Positions 1-8,744 of a stretch of 47,104 bases of DNA are shown piece after piece. The position numbers were made by a program, and so were the translations under genes. The stretch covers positions 1 to 47,104 of the forward strand of contig JBDRAM010000026.1 of NCBI GenBank assembly GCA_043823785.1, written 5' to 3'. The notes below the pieces were generated by a model. It was given only the letters and a program-made list of their open reading frames with translations. It ran no database searches and was not told the DNA's origin. The stretch is from Candidatus Omnitrophota bacterium (GTDB lineage Bacteria > Omnitrophota > Gorgyraeia > JABMRG01). Each line of letters starts with the position of its first letter. Positions within the stretch are counted from its first letter, which is position 1.

Positions 1-547
1 GGGCTTTGTTTAGGAAGGAATCTATTACGCTTCGCCATGCGGTATCTTTGTGTTCTAACTCCCCGCCGCAAAGCGGGCAATTTACCTCTTTAACAGGCCT
101 TTCAATGATTCTATCCGCGTTATCTTTCGAGATTCTTCCCCCGCCCGTTACCTTTATGCCCTAATCTGGCGCCGCCTTTCTTTTTTCTGTTCTCTTCTAA
201 GGTATTTTCTTTAATAGTATAGGAAATTATATCTTTACCCCGGCTCATATGATGTGGGCAAATTCTCTACGACAATTTACCCGCATTCGTCGGGGTCTGC
301 GGAAAATCTGCTAAAGCCTCTGCCCAAAGGGCAGATTTTCCTTGACAGGGAGTTTAGAAGATGGCGTAGATGACCCAAAAAACGGCTGATTATCTTTTTC
401 GTCACGGTATTTTAACTTCGCGTCCGCGGATTTTAGGCGTTCCCTTAATCTGTCAATTTCGCATTGCTTTTGAAAGCAGCCTTCACAGTATGCACCGAAA
501 GAAGTTACTTGCCCGCTTTTGGTTATATTATTTTTAAACCTACCCAT
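1..547 (-). pseudogene. IS66-like transposase (TnpC) 5' part, disrupted; continues beyond window start
   Basis: ORF 311-547 has CxxC, a coiled coil and 'FGSSTPSSK'. Reading on by hand gives 'KENTLEENRKKKGGARLGHKG' then, after a frameshift, 'NCPLCGGELEH', the IS66 GGxxGHxG plus zinc-finger layout. An apparent ~130-bp insertion adds a stop codon. Confidence 0.6.
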
Positions 548-716
548 GATTTATTTTTCCTAAAAGTTTTTTTATAAACCGTGTTATCTGTTTTATGAAA
601 CTGTCTTTTTTACCTGGTCTATCAAAGGCTTCTAATTTGTGCTGCAAAAATATGTATCTTTCCTTTAGCTTTTTAATGCGTTTATCGTATCTGTCACACT
701 CTTTACAATGACTCAA
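540..716 (-). CDS. small CxxC/coiled-coil protein (58 aa, TTG start), probably IS-associated
   Basis: Manual translation MSHCKECDRYDKRIKKLKERYIFLQHKLEAFDRPGKKDSFIKQITRFIKKLLGKINHG*; GAGG upstream; fills the gap between flanking ORFs; below the ORF-track cutoff. Confidence 0.45.
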   Translation of the reverse strand: MSHCKECDRYDKRIKKLKERYIFLQHKLEAFDRPGKKDSFIKQITRFIKKLLGKINHG

Positions 717-728
717 TGCCTCGTATCC

Positions 729-1091
729 TTATAGTTTTTTGTGATGATAACGCAGTATCTCAAAGTTTATCTCACTTATCTGGTATATGAGTTTTATTAA
801 GCCCTGATATTGTTCTACGCCTTTAACTGCGTAAGATAATTTTTTCTTAGTTAAGAATATCATATTGGTTTTTGCCTTTGAGCGGTGAGATAAATACTTA
901 TATGGGCCGTGTAAAGCAGGATTATGCTCTCTTTTACACTTGCAGCCTGACTTACCGCATATGTTGCCTCTTTCAATAATTGTACCTCGCAGGAGGTATT
1001 TGCAGTTATTTAATCTGCCAAGCAAGGAATCCCGTTTTTTAGCCAGTTGATTTAATTGTGGTATTGATTTAGCTTTTTTCATTTCGGACAT
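729..1091 (-). CDS. DUF6788-like transposase-associated protein
   Basis: Motif LLRGT...CGKSGCKC...HGPYKYL; next to the IS66-like remnant; true start may be the ATG at 1082. Confidence 0.6.
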   Translation of the reverse strand: MSEMKKAKSIPQLNQLAKKRDSLLGRLNNCKYLLRGTIIERGNICGKSGCKCKREHNPALHGPYKYLSHRSKAKTNMIFLTKKKLSYAVKGVEQYQGLIKLIYQISEINFEILRYHHKKL

Positions 1092-1120
1092 ATTATATCA
1101 TTGCTCGGAAATTTTGTCAA
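1092..1120 (-). promoter_or_regulatory. sigma70 promoter TTGACA-17-TATAAT
   Basis: Perfect consensus on the minus strand (-35 at 1115-1120, -10 at 1092-1097). Confidence 0.7.
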
Positions 1121-1162
1121 CAAAAAAATTAAAAAATTACAATATTTTTACTGGACTCATAT

Positions 1163-1188
1163 TTCGCGACAGAGGGGCCTCCTCTACG
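1163..1188 (-). repeat. GTAG-type REP-like element (diverged copy)
   Basis: cGTAGaggaggcccctctgtcgcGAA; same length and ends as the copies at 13436 and 31577. Confidence 0.45.
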
Positions 1189-1226
1189 CCCCACCGTAAC
1201 TCACCCATTACGGATATTGCTTGAGC

Positions 1227-4200
1227 TTATGCTGATGATAATATGGCGGCATATACTTTCTTCATTTCTGATGTAACCGTCTCAAAAGGTTCGGGGAACT
1301 CTCCTCTCAGCGCTGCTTCTAATATTGCGACAACAGACTCTACCTTCTCTTTTATATAGTCCAACTCGTCAAGAAAAGAATCTTTTTCTTTCAAGTATCC
1401 CGTTTCGAAAACATGCATTTGCTGCAGGCCATTTATAATATTCGAATCTTCTTCCAAAAGACTCAATTCATCTAAAATAGCTGCTATCTCCACTTCGGTA
1501 ACAAGTTTCCTTTTTTCCGGTGATCTCAGCTTCTTAACAATATCCAACGCTTCATAAAAAGCCATATAATAAACACTTGCTTCGGATTCAGCCACTGCAT
1601 CTATCGGTAGCAGCATCAACTCTTTTCTTTTCTTCTTGCCTTTCTTTTTTTCTTTTTCAGTAGTTTCTGCTTCCTTATACTTATATACAGATTCACTTAA
1701 TCCATCAAAAAGATCTTTTATTCCGTTAAGCGCAACCTCTATAGAGCGGGCGTCTTCCGTGTCTATCTCCTCCGAATCAAGAAGCCCCTTAAAGGTGAAA
1801 AACTGGTTTTTTATCCTTTTAAAAACACGGTTTATGTCTAAATAAGGGTATGAACTTATAACTTCCGTTTCTCCATAGAAATCTTTGATTTGCTTAAATA
1901 TATCTTCGATTGTTTTGATATTTTTATCAATGCTAGAAACGAATTCACCTAAATCGCGGCTTGCTCCATAATCCAAAAATTTCCTCCATTCGTTATATAG
2001 CATTGTAAAGTTTTCATATAAAAGTCGTTTTAGTCTCTTTGGTTCTTCTACCATTGAATATATTTTATGCATAAGATCCTCTACCATAGCACCTTCTTCA
2101 GCTGAAACTTTACCTGTCTCCACATACAAATTATGCATAGCGTCTGAGAGGTTTAAGATAATACCCATATCTTCCCGAAGCAGGGCCTCCCTGCAAAACC
2201 CGACACATGTGTTAAAATCTATAAAACCTAATAGGTCCAGTAGAAAAACGTATATATCCACATCTTTAAGTACTTCGATATCGTCTTTACCTTTTGCGTT
2301 TTTTGCGTAACTTACTGATCGATACATACGCTCAAGCTCTTTTCTTTCTCTGAAAAAAGCGGTTTTTATCTGTAAAAACGAATCAAGGTCTCTTACCTTT
2401 CCTTCCAGGCTCAGAAGGCCCTCCGACCTGAGGGCATCTCCTAATTGCCTCTGCCACTTGGGAGGATACGATATCGTGCCGTCAGCCTCTTTACGCAGCG
2501 CGCTCTTGCGCCTGACCAATCTCATATGTTCCAGATATTCATCCCATAGTTCTTTTGCAACAAAACCTAAATCGTATAGTATAAAATGAAAGATGTATGA
2601 ATCTTCCGGCCATTCAATAAACATATTTTCCGCCGCATCTGTGTATTTTTTGCGTAGGTTGCTAAACCTGCATTTGTCGGTCCCCATTTTAAGCAATGTA
2701 TAATTTATACTAAGCAGAGTCTTTAGGTCTTTAAATATATATGCCTTCTCGGCCTCATCATATACAAGCTTCTTCTCACCCATCTGCAATTCGTCCAGAA
2801 GAACCTTCTGCATCTCATCGTGCCACAACTGCCATTCTTCCTTTGAGGGGAACTGTCTCTCAGAAGATATATATTTGACTGTGCTTCCCGCACTGCTTGA
2901 CTTCTGCGGCTCGGATGGTAACGCCCTTCCCAAAATTTTAATACCGTCTAGGCAGGTGCTTCTGCTCTTCTCGCCTAATTCTTTTGATCTCCATAGCATG
3001 TATAATTTTGTATATATCTGCTCTATATCTTTTATATCGATAAGACCGGCTTTTTGTATATTATCTAATTCGATCAGCAATTCAAGCCATGTATCTTCAT
3101 AGGCCTCGAGCTCTAATGCGTTTATAATTCGAGCATCTGTGATAACTCTGTAAGCTTTCTTAATATCTTCCGGAGCTACCAGATCTAAATCTTCCGCAGA
3201 TGCGGCAAACTCTATAGTCTCCTGCACTTCTTCAAGAACCTCTATGCTATCTAACATTAGCATCTCTTCTTTCTGCAATATTTCCGGGCCAAGCTCCATG
3301 TCAGGCATTATAAGTTCTCCGTCGATTACCATCCCTGCTGCTTCTACATCACTCTTTCCTCTCTTAGCTATCTTATAAAATTCCTTAGCACCGCTATTAC
3401 TCAACAAAAAATGCCTCATGCTTCCTTCGGACTCCTTTAAGAGCACTGCTATCTCTCCTAAACTCCTGCCTGCTACAGCTTTCCAATTTTCTGCAAAGAA
3501 TCGGGCCATCTTTGTCTTCCGCTTGACACCCGGAAGATACTTCCAGTTCTTTTCTTCTTCCTTGATCTTCTTATCCTTTTTAGATTTTTCTGCCTTTACT
3601 GCCTTTACATATTCAGGGGCCTTTTCAAATAAGCTACTCTCGCCCAATACCTTTCTGATTATCAGTTGTTTTTCAAGCATAGGCCTTTTTCCGATCTTCT
3701 CCCACTTATAGACCGTGACCTCCTTTGCCTTTATGTTTTCGGTATTAAACTTCAAGCCTGCCTTCTCCAGCTCCTCTATGAATTTTCTTGTCCCCCAGCC
3801 TTTTCTTAGCCTGCATAGGTATATCTTGTCTTTATCCTTCAGCCCAGTGCATATATCATCCCAGCTTCTTCCCTTTATTATGAAGATCGGGTCTATCTTT
3901 AAGGCCTTTGACAGCTTGCATATCTTTTCAGGATGGGTAAGTTTTTGCAGGTTCTCGATCATACGATATTGGTTAGGATCTATGCCTACCTCTTTGCATA
4001 GATCCTTTATCTCTTTTTTGCGTGCTGTTCTTACTGCCTCGAGCCTATGCCAATAACTTGTCATATCAAGCAATCTCTTCAGCACATCCTCAGGCAAGGG
4101 GATTGTCTCATATCCTAAAAATAGAAAGTCTCTTAAGTAACCGAGCCTTTTCTCATCAGAGATGCCGTATAATACCTTGCGGTTAGAGCGGGTTATGAAC

Positions 4201-4469
4201 TCAAGAAGGATTTCAGCAGTATCCAGCTCTGGATGTTTTTCTATTATGCGCCTGAACTTTTCAGCCCTTGCAGGCTCTTTATTTTTATCTCCTGCACTGC
4301 TGGCTTTCTGTAATATGAAAGAAGTCTCTATGTTTTGTGAAATTCCTGAAGCCATAGGCCTCAGGGTAAAATATGAGTTCTGCGCATAAGATGCGGGAAG
4401 ACAGTCTAATCCTATTGACTGTAAAAAAGAGATTAGTATTAGACATATTTTATTTGAAAAGTTAAACAT
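1227..4469 (-). CDS. large hypothetical protein with signal-peptide-like N-terminus, LRPMA motif, repeated SSAG/SSA motifs and two XRE-like HTH domains
   Basis: 1080-aa ORF; hydrophobic N-terminus; KASSAG, KSSSAG and C-terminal ILSSA; HTH-like segments at about aa 140-275. Confidence 0.75.
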   Translation of the reverse strand: MFNFSNKICLILISFLQSIGLDCLPASYAQNSYFTLRPMASGISQNIETSFILQKASSAGDKNKEPARAEKFRRIIEKHPELDTAEILLEFITRSNRKVLYGISDEKRLGYLRDFLFLGYETIPLPEDVLKRLLDMTSYWHRLEAVRTARKKEIKDLCKEVGIDPNQYRMIENLQKLTHPEKICKLSKALKIDPIFIIKGRSWDDICTGLKDKDKIYLCRLRKGWGTRKFIEELEKAGLKFNTENIKAKEVTVYKWEKIGKRPMLEKQLIIRKVLGESSLFEKAPEYVKAVKAEKSKKDKKIKEEEKNWKYLPGVKRKTKMARFFAENWKAVAGRSLGEIAVLLKESEGSMRHFLLSNSGAKEFYKIAKRGKSDVEAAGMVIDGELIMPDMELGPEILQKEEMLMLDSIEVLEEVQETIEFAASAEDLDLVAPEDIKKAYRVITDARIINALELEAYEDTWLELLIELDNIQKAGLIDIKDIEQIYTKLYMLWRSKELGEKSRSTCLDGIKILGRALPSEPQKSSSAGSTVKYISSERQFPSKEEWQLWHDEMQKVLLDELQMGEKKLVYDEAEKAYIFKDLKTLLSINYTLLKMGTDKCRFSNLRKKYTDAAENMFIEWPEDSYIFHFILYDLGFVAKELWDEYLEHMRLVRRKSALRKEADGTISYPPKWQRQLGDALRSEGLLSLEGKVRDLDSFLQIKTAFFRERKELERMYRSVSYAKNAKGKDDIEVLKDVDIYVFLLDLLGFIDFNTCVGFCREALLREDMGIILNLSDAMHNLYVETGKVSAEEGAMVEDLMHKIYSMVEEPKRLKRLLYENFTMLYNEWRKFLDYGASRDLGEFVSSIDKNIKTIEDIFKQIKDFYGETEVISSYPYLDINRVFKRIKNQFFTFKGLLDSEEIDTEDARSIEVALNGIKDLFDGLSESVYKYKEAETTEKEKKKGKKKRKELMLLPIDAVAESEASVYYMAFYEALDIVKKLRSPEKRKLVTEVEIAAILDELSLLEEDSNIINGLQQMHVFETGYLKEKDSFLDELDYIKEKVESVVAILEAALRGEFPEPFETVTSEMKKVYAAILSSA

Positions 4470-4575
4470 ATTAGTCCTTAGTATGCATAGCGTAGCCCAT
4501 AAAACATAACCCTGCCTTTGATTTGATAGCCAGGGTTTATTAAGTCTTAATTACATAGTTATAAAAGGTATTAGT

Positions 4576-4604
4576 ATTATAATATAAAAAAAAGGTGCTG
4601 TCAA
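4576..4604 (-). promoter_or_regulatory. sigma70 promoter TTGACA-17-TATAAT for the 1080-aa gene
   Basis: Perfect consensus, -35 at 4599-4604, -10 at 4576-4581. Confidence 0.7.
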
Positions 4605-4624
4605 TGTAAAACAGTGTAAAAATT

Positions 4625-4720
4625 TTATTTTTTTGAGAGGATCCTGCTATAGCAAAAAATGACAAGAGTTATTATAAAGGACCATGACAAGATCATAAAT
4701 ATCCAGCCACCTGTATTCAT
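4625..4720 (-). CDS. small single-TM protein, MetS-like NSS transporter small subunit (31 aa)
   Basis: MNTGGWIFMILSWSFIITLVIFCYSRILSKK*; GGGAG RBS; directly downstream of the NSS transporter; absent from the ORF track. Confidence 0.7.
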   Translation of the reverse strand: MNTGGWIFMILSWSFIITLVIFCYSRILSKK

Positions 4721-4764
4721 AATAACTCCCTGGTACAATAATCAGGTATAAAAATATATTACAC

Positions 4765-4840
4765 CTGATTACAGTGATTATTTCAGATTACAGAGATTAA
4801 AACTTTAATCGCTGTAATCTTTTTTAATCTTGTTAATCAG
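4765..4840. repeat. inverted pair of degenerate 9-bp tandem arrays (GATTA-core arm / TAATC-core arm), no gene between
   Basis: ctgattacagtgattatttcagattacagagatta ... taatcgctgtaatcttttttaatcttgttaatcag. Confidence 0.65.
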
Positions 4841-4866
4841 ATGCCCCCTCTTTTTTTGTAGGGCAT

Positions 4867-6423
4867 CTAATGGTAGGTCTTCATCTTACGCTTGCGCCAG
4901 GCTATCTTCACCATAACACAAAGCGTAGTAAATATCGCTATAAGGCCCAATCTCGTACCGAGAACAAAAGGTTTGTTCGCCTCAGAGACCCCCTTCATTA
5001 AAATCGTAGGTATGCCTTGCTGGATAAACCAGAAACCTAAGATAAAAAGCAGAAAAAGTGGCGTAATATATTTTATAATAAATTTGTATATTTTTGGTAT
5101 ACGAAGCATGGCACCGCTATGCATCTCATCCCATGCTTTATCTATGCCAAATACCCAGGCAAAGACTATAGTCTCAACAGTCGCAAAGAGCACAAGGCAG
5201 AATGTCCCGCCCCAGAAATCAAGCTCATCAACTACACCTTTCCCAAGAAAAAATATCGCGGGCTGGCATAGCAAAAATGTAACAATGCCAAAGATCCAGG
5301 CTGCTCTTTTTCTGTTTATATTAAACTCATCTTCTAAAAAAGCTATTGCCGGCTGTGCCAATGATATTGAGGATGTAACGCCCGCTAAAAAAAGCATTGC
5401 GAACCATAAGAAGCCGAATATGGCTCCCGAAGGAATATGCTCTAATATAACAGGCATTGTCACAAAACTTAAATTAAATGCTCCTCCATTTGCTACTTCC
5501 ACAATCCCTATAGGGCCAAAAAACGCGAACGCGGCCGGTATTATGATAGAAGCGCCGAGTATTACTTCGGCAAATTCATTGGTACTTGCGGCTGAAAGCC
5601 CTGAGAGCGCAACATCATCTGACTTTCTAAGATAGCTTGCGTAGGTAAGAATTACACCTATACCGACGCTTAGCGTAAAAAACATCTGCCCTGCCGCGGC
5701 AAGCCAGACCTTTGCGCTCTTCAAGGCTGAAAAATCAGGATTCCATAAAAATCCAAGCCCGTTCAACGCGTTCCATGCGGGCTTAGCTGCATCCGGAGCG
5801 CCCATAGTCAGGACTCTTAACATTATAATAAACGCGAATATAAAAAGCGCGGGCATTGCAAACTTGCATAGCCTTTCTATGCCGCCTCTTATGCCGTAAT
5901 AGACAACGACTACGTTTAATATAAATGTGATTGTAAAGAAAAGGTATGCTGCCCGCAACCCGCTGAAATGCTCATTCTGCTTTAAACCTTGAAAACCTTG
6001 GAGAAAATCGACCATGCCTGCCTGGGTAGCAGCGCCTTTGTATTTACCCATTATCGAGAATACGCTGTAGGCAAGGCACCATGATTCGATATACGTGTAG
6101 TAGATAAAAATGATCATGGGACCGAAGATACCGATAACACCGAAATACTTTATGAAGCGGCTCTTCTGCCACATGCTGTGGAAAATGCCAGGAGCTGTGG
6201 AGTGCTCAAAACCGCCTCCAAATCTTCCCGCGGTCCACTCTATCCACATTAGAGGAATACCAAGAAGCAGAAATGATATAAAATAAGGTATCATAAAAGC
6301 ACCGCCGCCGTTTTGCGCTGCCTGCACAGGAAACCTCAAAAAATTTCCTAATCCCACAGCGCTTCCGGCTACCGCTAGAACAATACCTAATCTAGAACCC
6401 CATCTTTGTCTCTGCTTAGCCAT
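4867..6423 (-). CDS. sodium-dependent transporter, NSS/SNF (LeuT-like) family
   Basis: RQRWGSRLG...GSAVGLGNFLRFP...NGGGAF motifs; start moved to MAKQR because the longer ORF start lies inside a repeat array. Confidence 0.95.
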   Translation of the reverse strand: MAKQRQRWGSRLGIVLAVAGSAVGLGNFLRFPVQAAQNGGGAFMIPYFISFLLLGIPLMWIEWTAGRFGGGFEHSTAPGIFHSMWQKSRFIKYFGVIGIFGPMIIFIYYTYIESWCLAYSVFSIMGKYKGAATQAGMVDFLQGFQGLKQNEHFSGLRAAYLFFTITFILNVVVVYYGIRGGIERLCKFAMPALFIFAFIIMLRVLTMGAPDAAKPAWNALNGLGFLWNPDFSALKSAKVWLAAAGQMFFTLSVGIGVILTYASYLRKSDDVALSGLSAASTNEFAEVILGASIIIPAAFAFFGPIGIVEVANGGAFNLSFVTMPVILEHIPSGAIFGFLWFAMLFLAGVTSSISLAQPAIAFLEDEFNINRKRAAWIFGIVTFLLCQPAIFFLGKGVVDELDFWGGTFCLVLFATVETIVFAWVFGIDKAWDEMHSGAMLRIPKIYKFIIKYITPLFLLFILGFWFIQQGIPTILMKGVSEANKPFVLGTRLGLIAIFTTLCVMVKIAWRKRKMKTYH

Positions 6424-6427
6424 TGCT

Positions 6428-6494
6428 TCGTCGTTCGTATGTCGTATTTCGTATGTCGAAAATTGCGACATGCGATATGCTATATACGATATAC
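6428..6494. repeat. inverted pair of 7-bp tandem arrays (CGTATGT type), no gene between
   Basis: tcgtatgtcgtatttcgtatgtcg ... cgacatgcgatatgctatatacgatatac. Confidence 0.8.
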
Positions 6495-6498
6495 AAAA

Positions 6499-7254
6499 TT
6501 AATACCTAACTCTCACAAGGCTCAGGCCTTTCGCAGGAGCTGTAGGCCCAGCCTGCGTCCTATCTTTAGCGCGCAGTATCCTTTTCATGCTTCCTGAGTG
6601 AAGCTTGCCCCTTCCTATCTCGATAAGCGTACCGACTATATTCCTGACCATATTATATAGAAAACCGTTTGCCTCAATATCTATATTTATGATAGGGCCG
6701 TCTTTTCTTATGGATATCCTTCTTATATTTCTTACAGACATCCTCTCTTTTTTGTCTGCTGCCTGAAAAGACTTAAAATCTTTCCTTCCTATCAGTATTC
6801 TTGCCTCACGCGTCATAAGCCTTACATCAAGCTTATAAGAAACGTGATATTGATAAAGCCTGTCAAAGGCCATAGAATAATCGCGGTTTAATATCTGATA
6901 GCGGTAGGTTTTAGAGCGGGCATCATACCTGGAGTTAAAATCAGGCTTTACTTCTTCAATATCTACAATAACTATATCTTTAGGCAAGAGCGCGTTAAGA
7001 GCTCTCTGCATAACAGCCATTGGCATCTTTGACTTTGTCTTAAAATTTGCCACCTGGCCCAAGGCATGCACGCCTGAGTCAGTCCTTCCTGCCCCGATAA
7101 TCCTTATCTCATCCTGCAGGATACCGCTTAAGACTCTTTCGATAACGCCCTGTATGGTCTTTTCAATGCCTATCTCATCAGGCTTTTTCTGCTGTATCTG
7201 CCAGCCTTTATAGTTTGTGCCGTCATATTCTATCGTTATCTTTATATTTCTCAT
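6499..7254 (-). CDS. truA: tRNA pseudouridine(38-40) synthase
   Basis: YDGTNYKGWQ, GAGRTDSGVHA, GFLYNMVRNIVG, AGPTAPAKGL. Confidence 0.97.
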   Translation of the reverse strand: MRNIKITIEYDGTNYKGWQIQQKKPDEIGIEKTIQGVIERVLSGILQDEIRIIGAGRTDSGVHALGQVANFKTKSKMPMAVMQRALNALLPKDIVIVDIEEVKPDFNSRYDARSKTYRYQILNRDYSMAFDRLYQYHVSYKLDVRLMTREARILIGRKDFKSFQAADKKERMSVRNIRRISIRKDGPIINIDIEANGFLYNMVRNIVGTLIEIGRGKLHSGSMKRILRAKDRTQAGPTAPAKGLSLVRVRY

Positions 7255-7662
7255 TATAGCATATGGCTTAGAGCACAGAGCTTAGAGTTTTGCCCTGAAA
7301 GCTCTTATCCTCTTGGTTAATATTTCAGACCTTTCATATAATCTTTTAAATCTAGATTCGGCCATTAAGTTCCTCTTTTTGCAAACTGCTAAAATAGATA
7401 CAACTTCATACATTGAACGACAAGAATAATTTAAAAAATTTCTAAATTCCTGTCTTGAATCACTACCCGAACCTTCTGCTATATTATTTGGCACCGACAA
7501 ACTAGCCGATCTAAGCTGGGATGCTATATTATATTGTAAATTTTTAGGTAATTCTTCAGCAAACTCGAGTAAATCTGTGCAAAAGTTTATCGCTTCATGC
7601 CAAATATCTAAGGATTCAAATCTATACATGGCAACCCTATGCTCTAGGCCCTATACTCTTAG
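7255..7662 (-). mobile_element. putative cassette: four-helix-bundle gene between inverted TAGAGCT-type 7-bp arrays
   Basis: Arms at 7255-7289 and 7633-7662 are reverse-complementary arrays; the unit fills the whole asd-truA junction. Confidence 0.6.
7282..7629 (-). CDS. four helix bundle protein (23S rRNA IVP / Avd-like superfamily)
   Basis: FESLDIW...SQLRSASLSVPNNIAEG...EFRNFL...S..E family signature. Confidence 0.92.
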   Translation of the reverse strand: MYRFESLDIWHEAINFCTDLLEFAEELPKNLQYNIASQLRSASLSVPNNIAEGSGSDSRQEFRNFLNYSCRSMYEVVSILAVCKKRNLMAESRFKRLYERSEILTKRIRAFRAKL

Positions 7663-8667
7663 CTATTCACTCTTCACTAACAACTCTGCTATCTGCACGG
7701 CATTTAAGGCCGCGCCCTTGCGCAGGTTGTCCGCTACTATCCATAGCCAGAAAGCATTTTTTACAAAAGGGTCCTTACGTATTCTGCCGACATAAACAGA
7801 GTCTTTTCCTTCGGCAAATACCGGTAAAGGATATCTTCCGTTACCGGGATCATCTATAACTTCCGCTCCGGGAGCTTTCTTCAAAAGTTCTCTTAATTTA
7901 TTAACAGATATTCCTTTCTTAGTTTCAATATATACTGCCTGTGAGTGCCCTGTTACCACAGGGACTCTGACACAGGTAGAGGTTATCTTTATTTTGCTGT
8001 CATGAAATATCTTATGAGTCTCTCTTACGGTCTTCCACTCCTCGCTGGTATAAGACTCATCCTGAAATCCACCGATATGAGGAAATACATTAAACGCTAT
8101 TCGCTGGGGCATGGCAGAAGCTGTTACCTCCTTTCCTTCAAGCAGGTCTTTCGTCTGCGCCTTAAGCTCATTTACCGCGCTGCGGCCGGCGCCTGATACT
8201 GCCTGATATGTAGCTGCCACTATGCGCTTTATGCCAAGCTTTTTATGAATGGGCCAGAGAGGTATAAGCATCTGTATAGTACAGCAGTTTGGATTTGCTA
8301 TTATGCCTTTGTGCTTTTTAGCATCCTTTGGGTTGATCTCAGGCACAACCAGAGGCACATCCTTCTCCATCCTGAAATCAGCGCCATTGTCAATCACGAC
8401 CGCGCCTTCTTTTATGGCTGCGGGTGAATAAGTAACAGCCGCGCCCTTCTCACCCTCTGTGCCGGCAAATAGAGCTATATCTATACCCCTGAAAGCCTGG
8501 GCATCTATCTTAAGCACATGGTATCTTATGCTGTCAACGTCTATATCTCTTTCGCTTCTCGCGAATACCTTAAGCTTATCTATAGGAAAATTACGCTGTT
8601 TTAATACGCGCAGCATCTCGATCCCTACCGCGCCAACACCAACCACCGCTACGTTATAACGTTTCAT
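7663..8667 (-). CDS. asd: aspartate-semialdehyde dehydrogenase
   Basis: VPEIN, IIANPNCCT, YQAVSGAG, CVRVPV, DNLRKGAALNAVQIAE; start MKRYN follows a GGAG RBS. Confidence 0.96.
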   Translation of the reverse strand: MKRYNVAVVGVGAVGIEMLRVLKQRNFPIDKLKVFARSERDIDVDSIRYHVLKIDAQAFRGIDIALFAGTEGEKGAAVTYSPAAIKEGAVVIDNGADFRMEKDVPLVVPEINPKDAKKHKGIIANPNCCTIQMLIPLWPIHKKLGIKRIVAATYQAVSGAGRSAVNELKAQTKDLLEGKEVTASAMPQRIAFNVFPHIGGFQDESYTSEEWKTVRETHKIFHDSKIKITSTCVRVPVVTGHSQAVYIETKKGISVNKLRELLKKAPGAEVIDDPGNGRYPLPVFAEGKDSVYVGRIRKDPFVKNAFWLWIVADNLRKGAALNAVQIAELLVKSE

Positions 8668-8690
8668 TGGTAAATACTCCTTTTGCATAA

Positions 8691-8744
8691 TAGAGCTTAG
8701 GGCTAAGAGCTTAGTTAGGGTCCTATGCTCTACGCCCTATGCTA
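8691..8744. repeat. inverted TAGAGCT-type 7-bp arrays, no gene between
   Basis: tagagct tagggct aagagct ... cctatg ctctacg ccctatg cta. Confidence 0.75.

Noticed and set aside
1196-1211. GTAA...TTAC as the IS66 terminal inverted repeat
   Set aside because: The other end lies outside the window, so it cannot be verified
4508-4537. Hairpin in the leader of the 1080-aa gene as a riboswitch or terminator
   Set aside because: The stem is short, there is no convincing U-tract on the coding strand, and no riboswitch consensus was recognised
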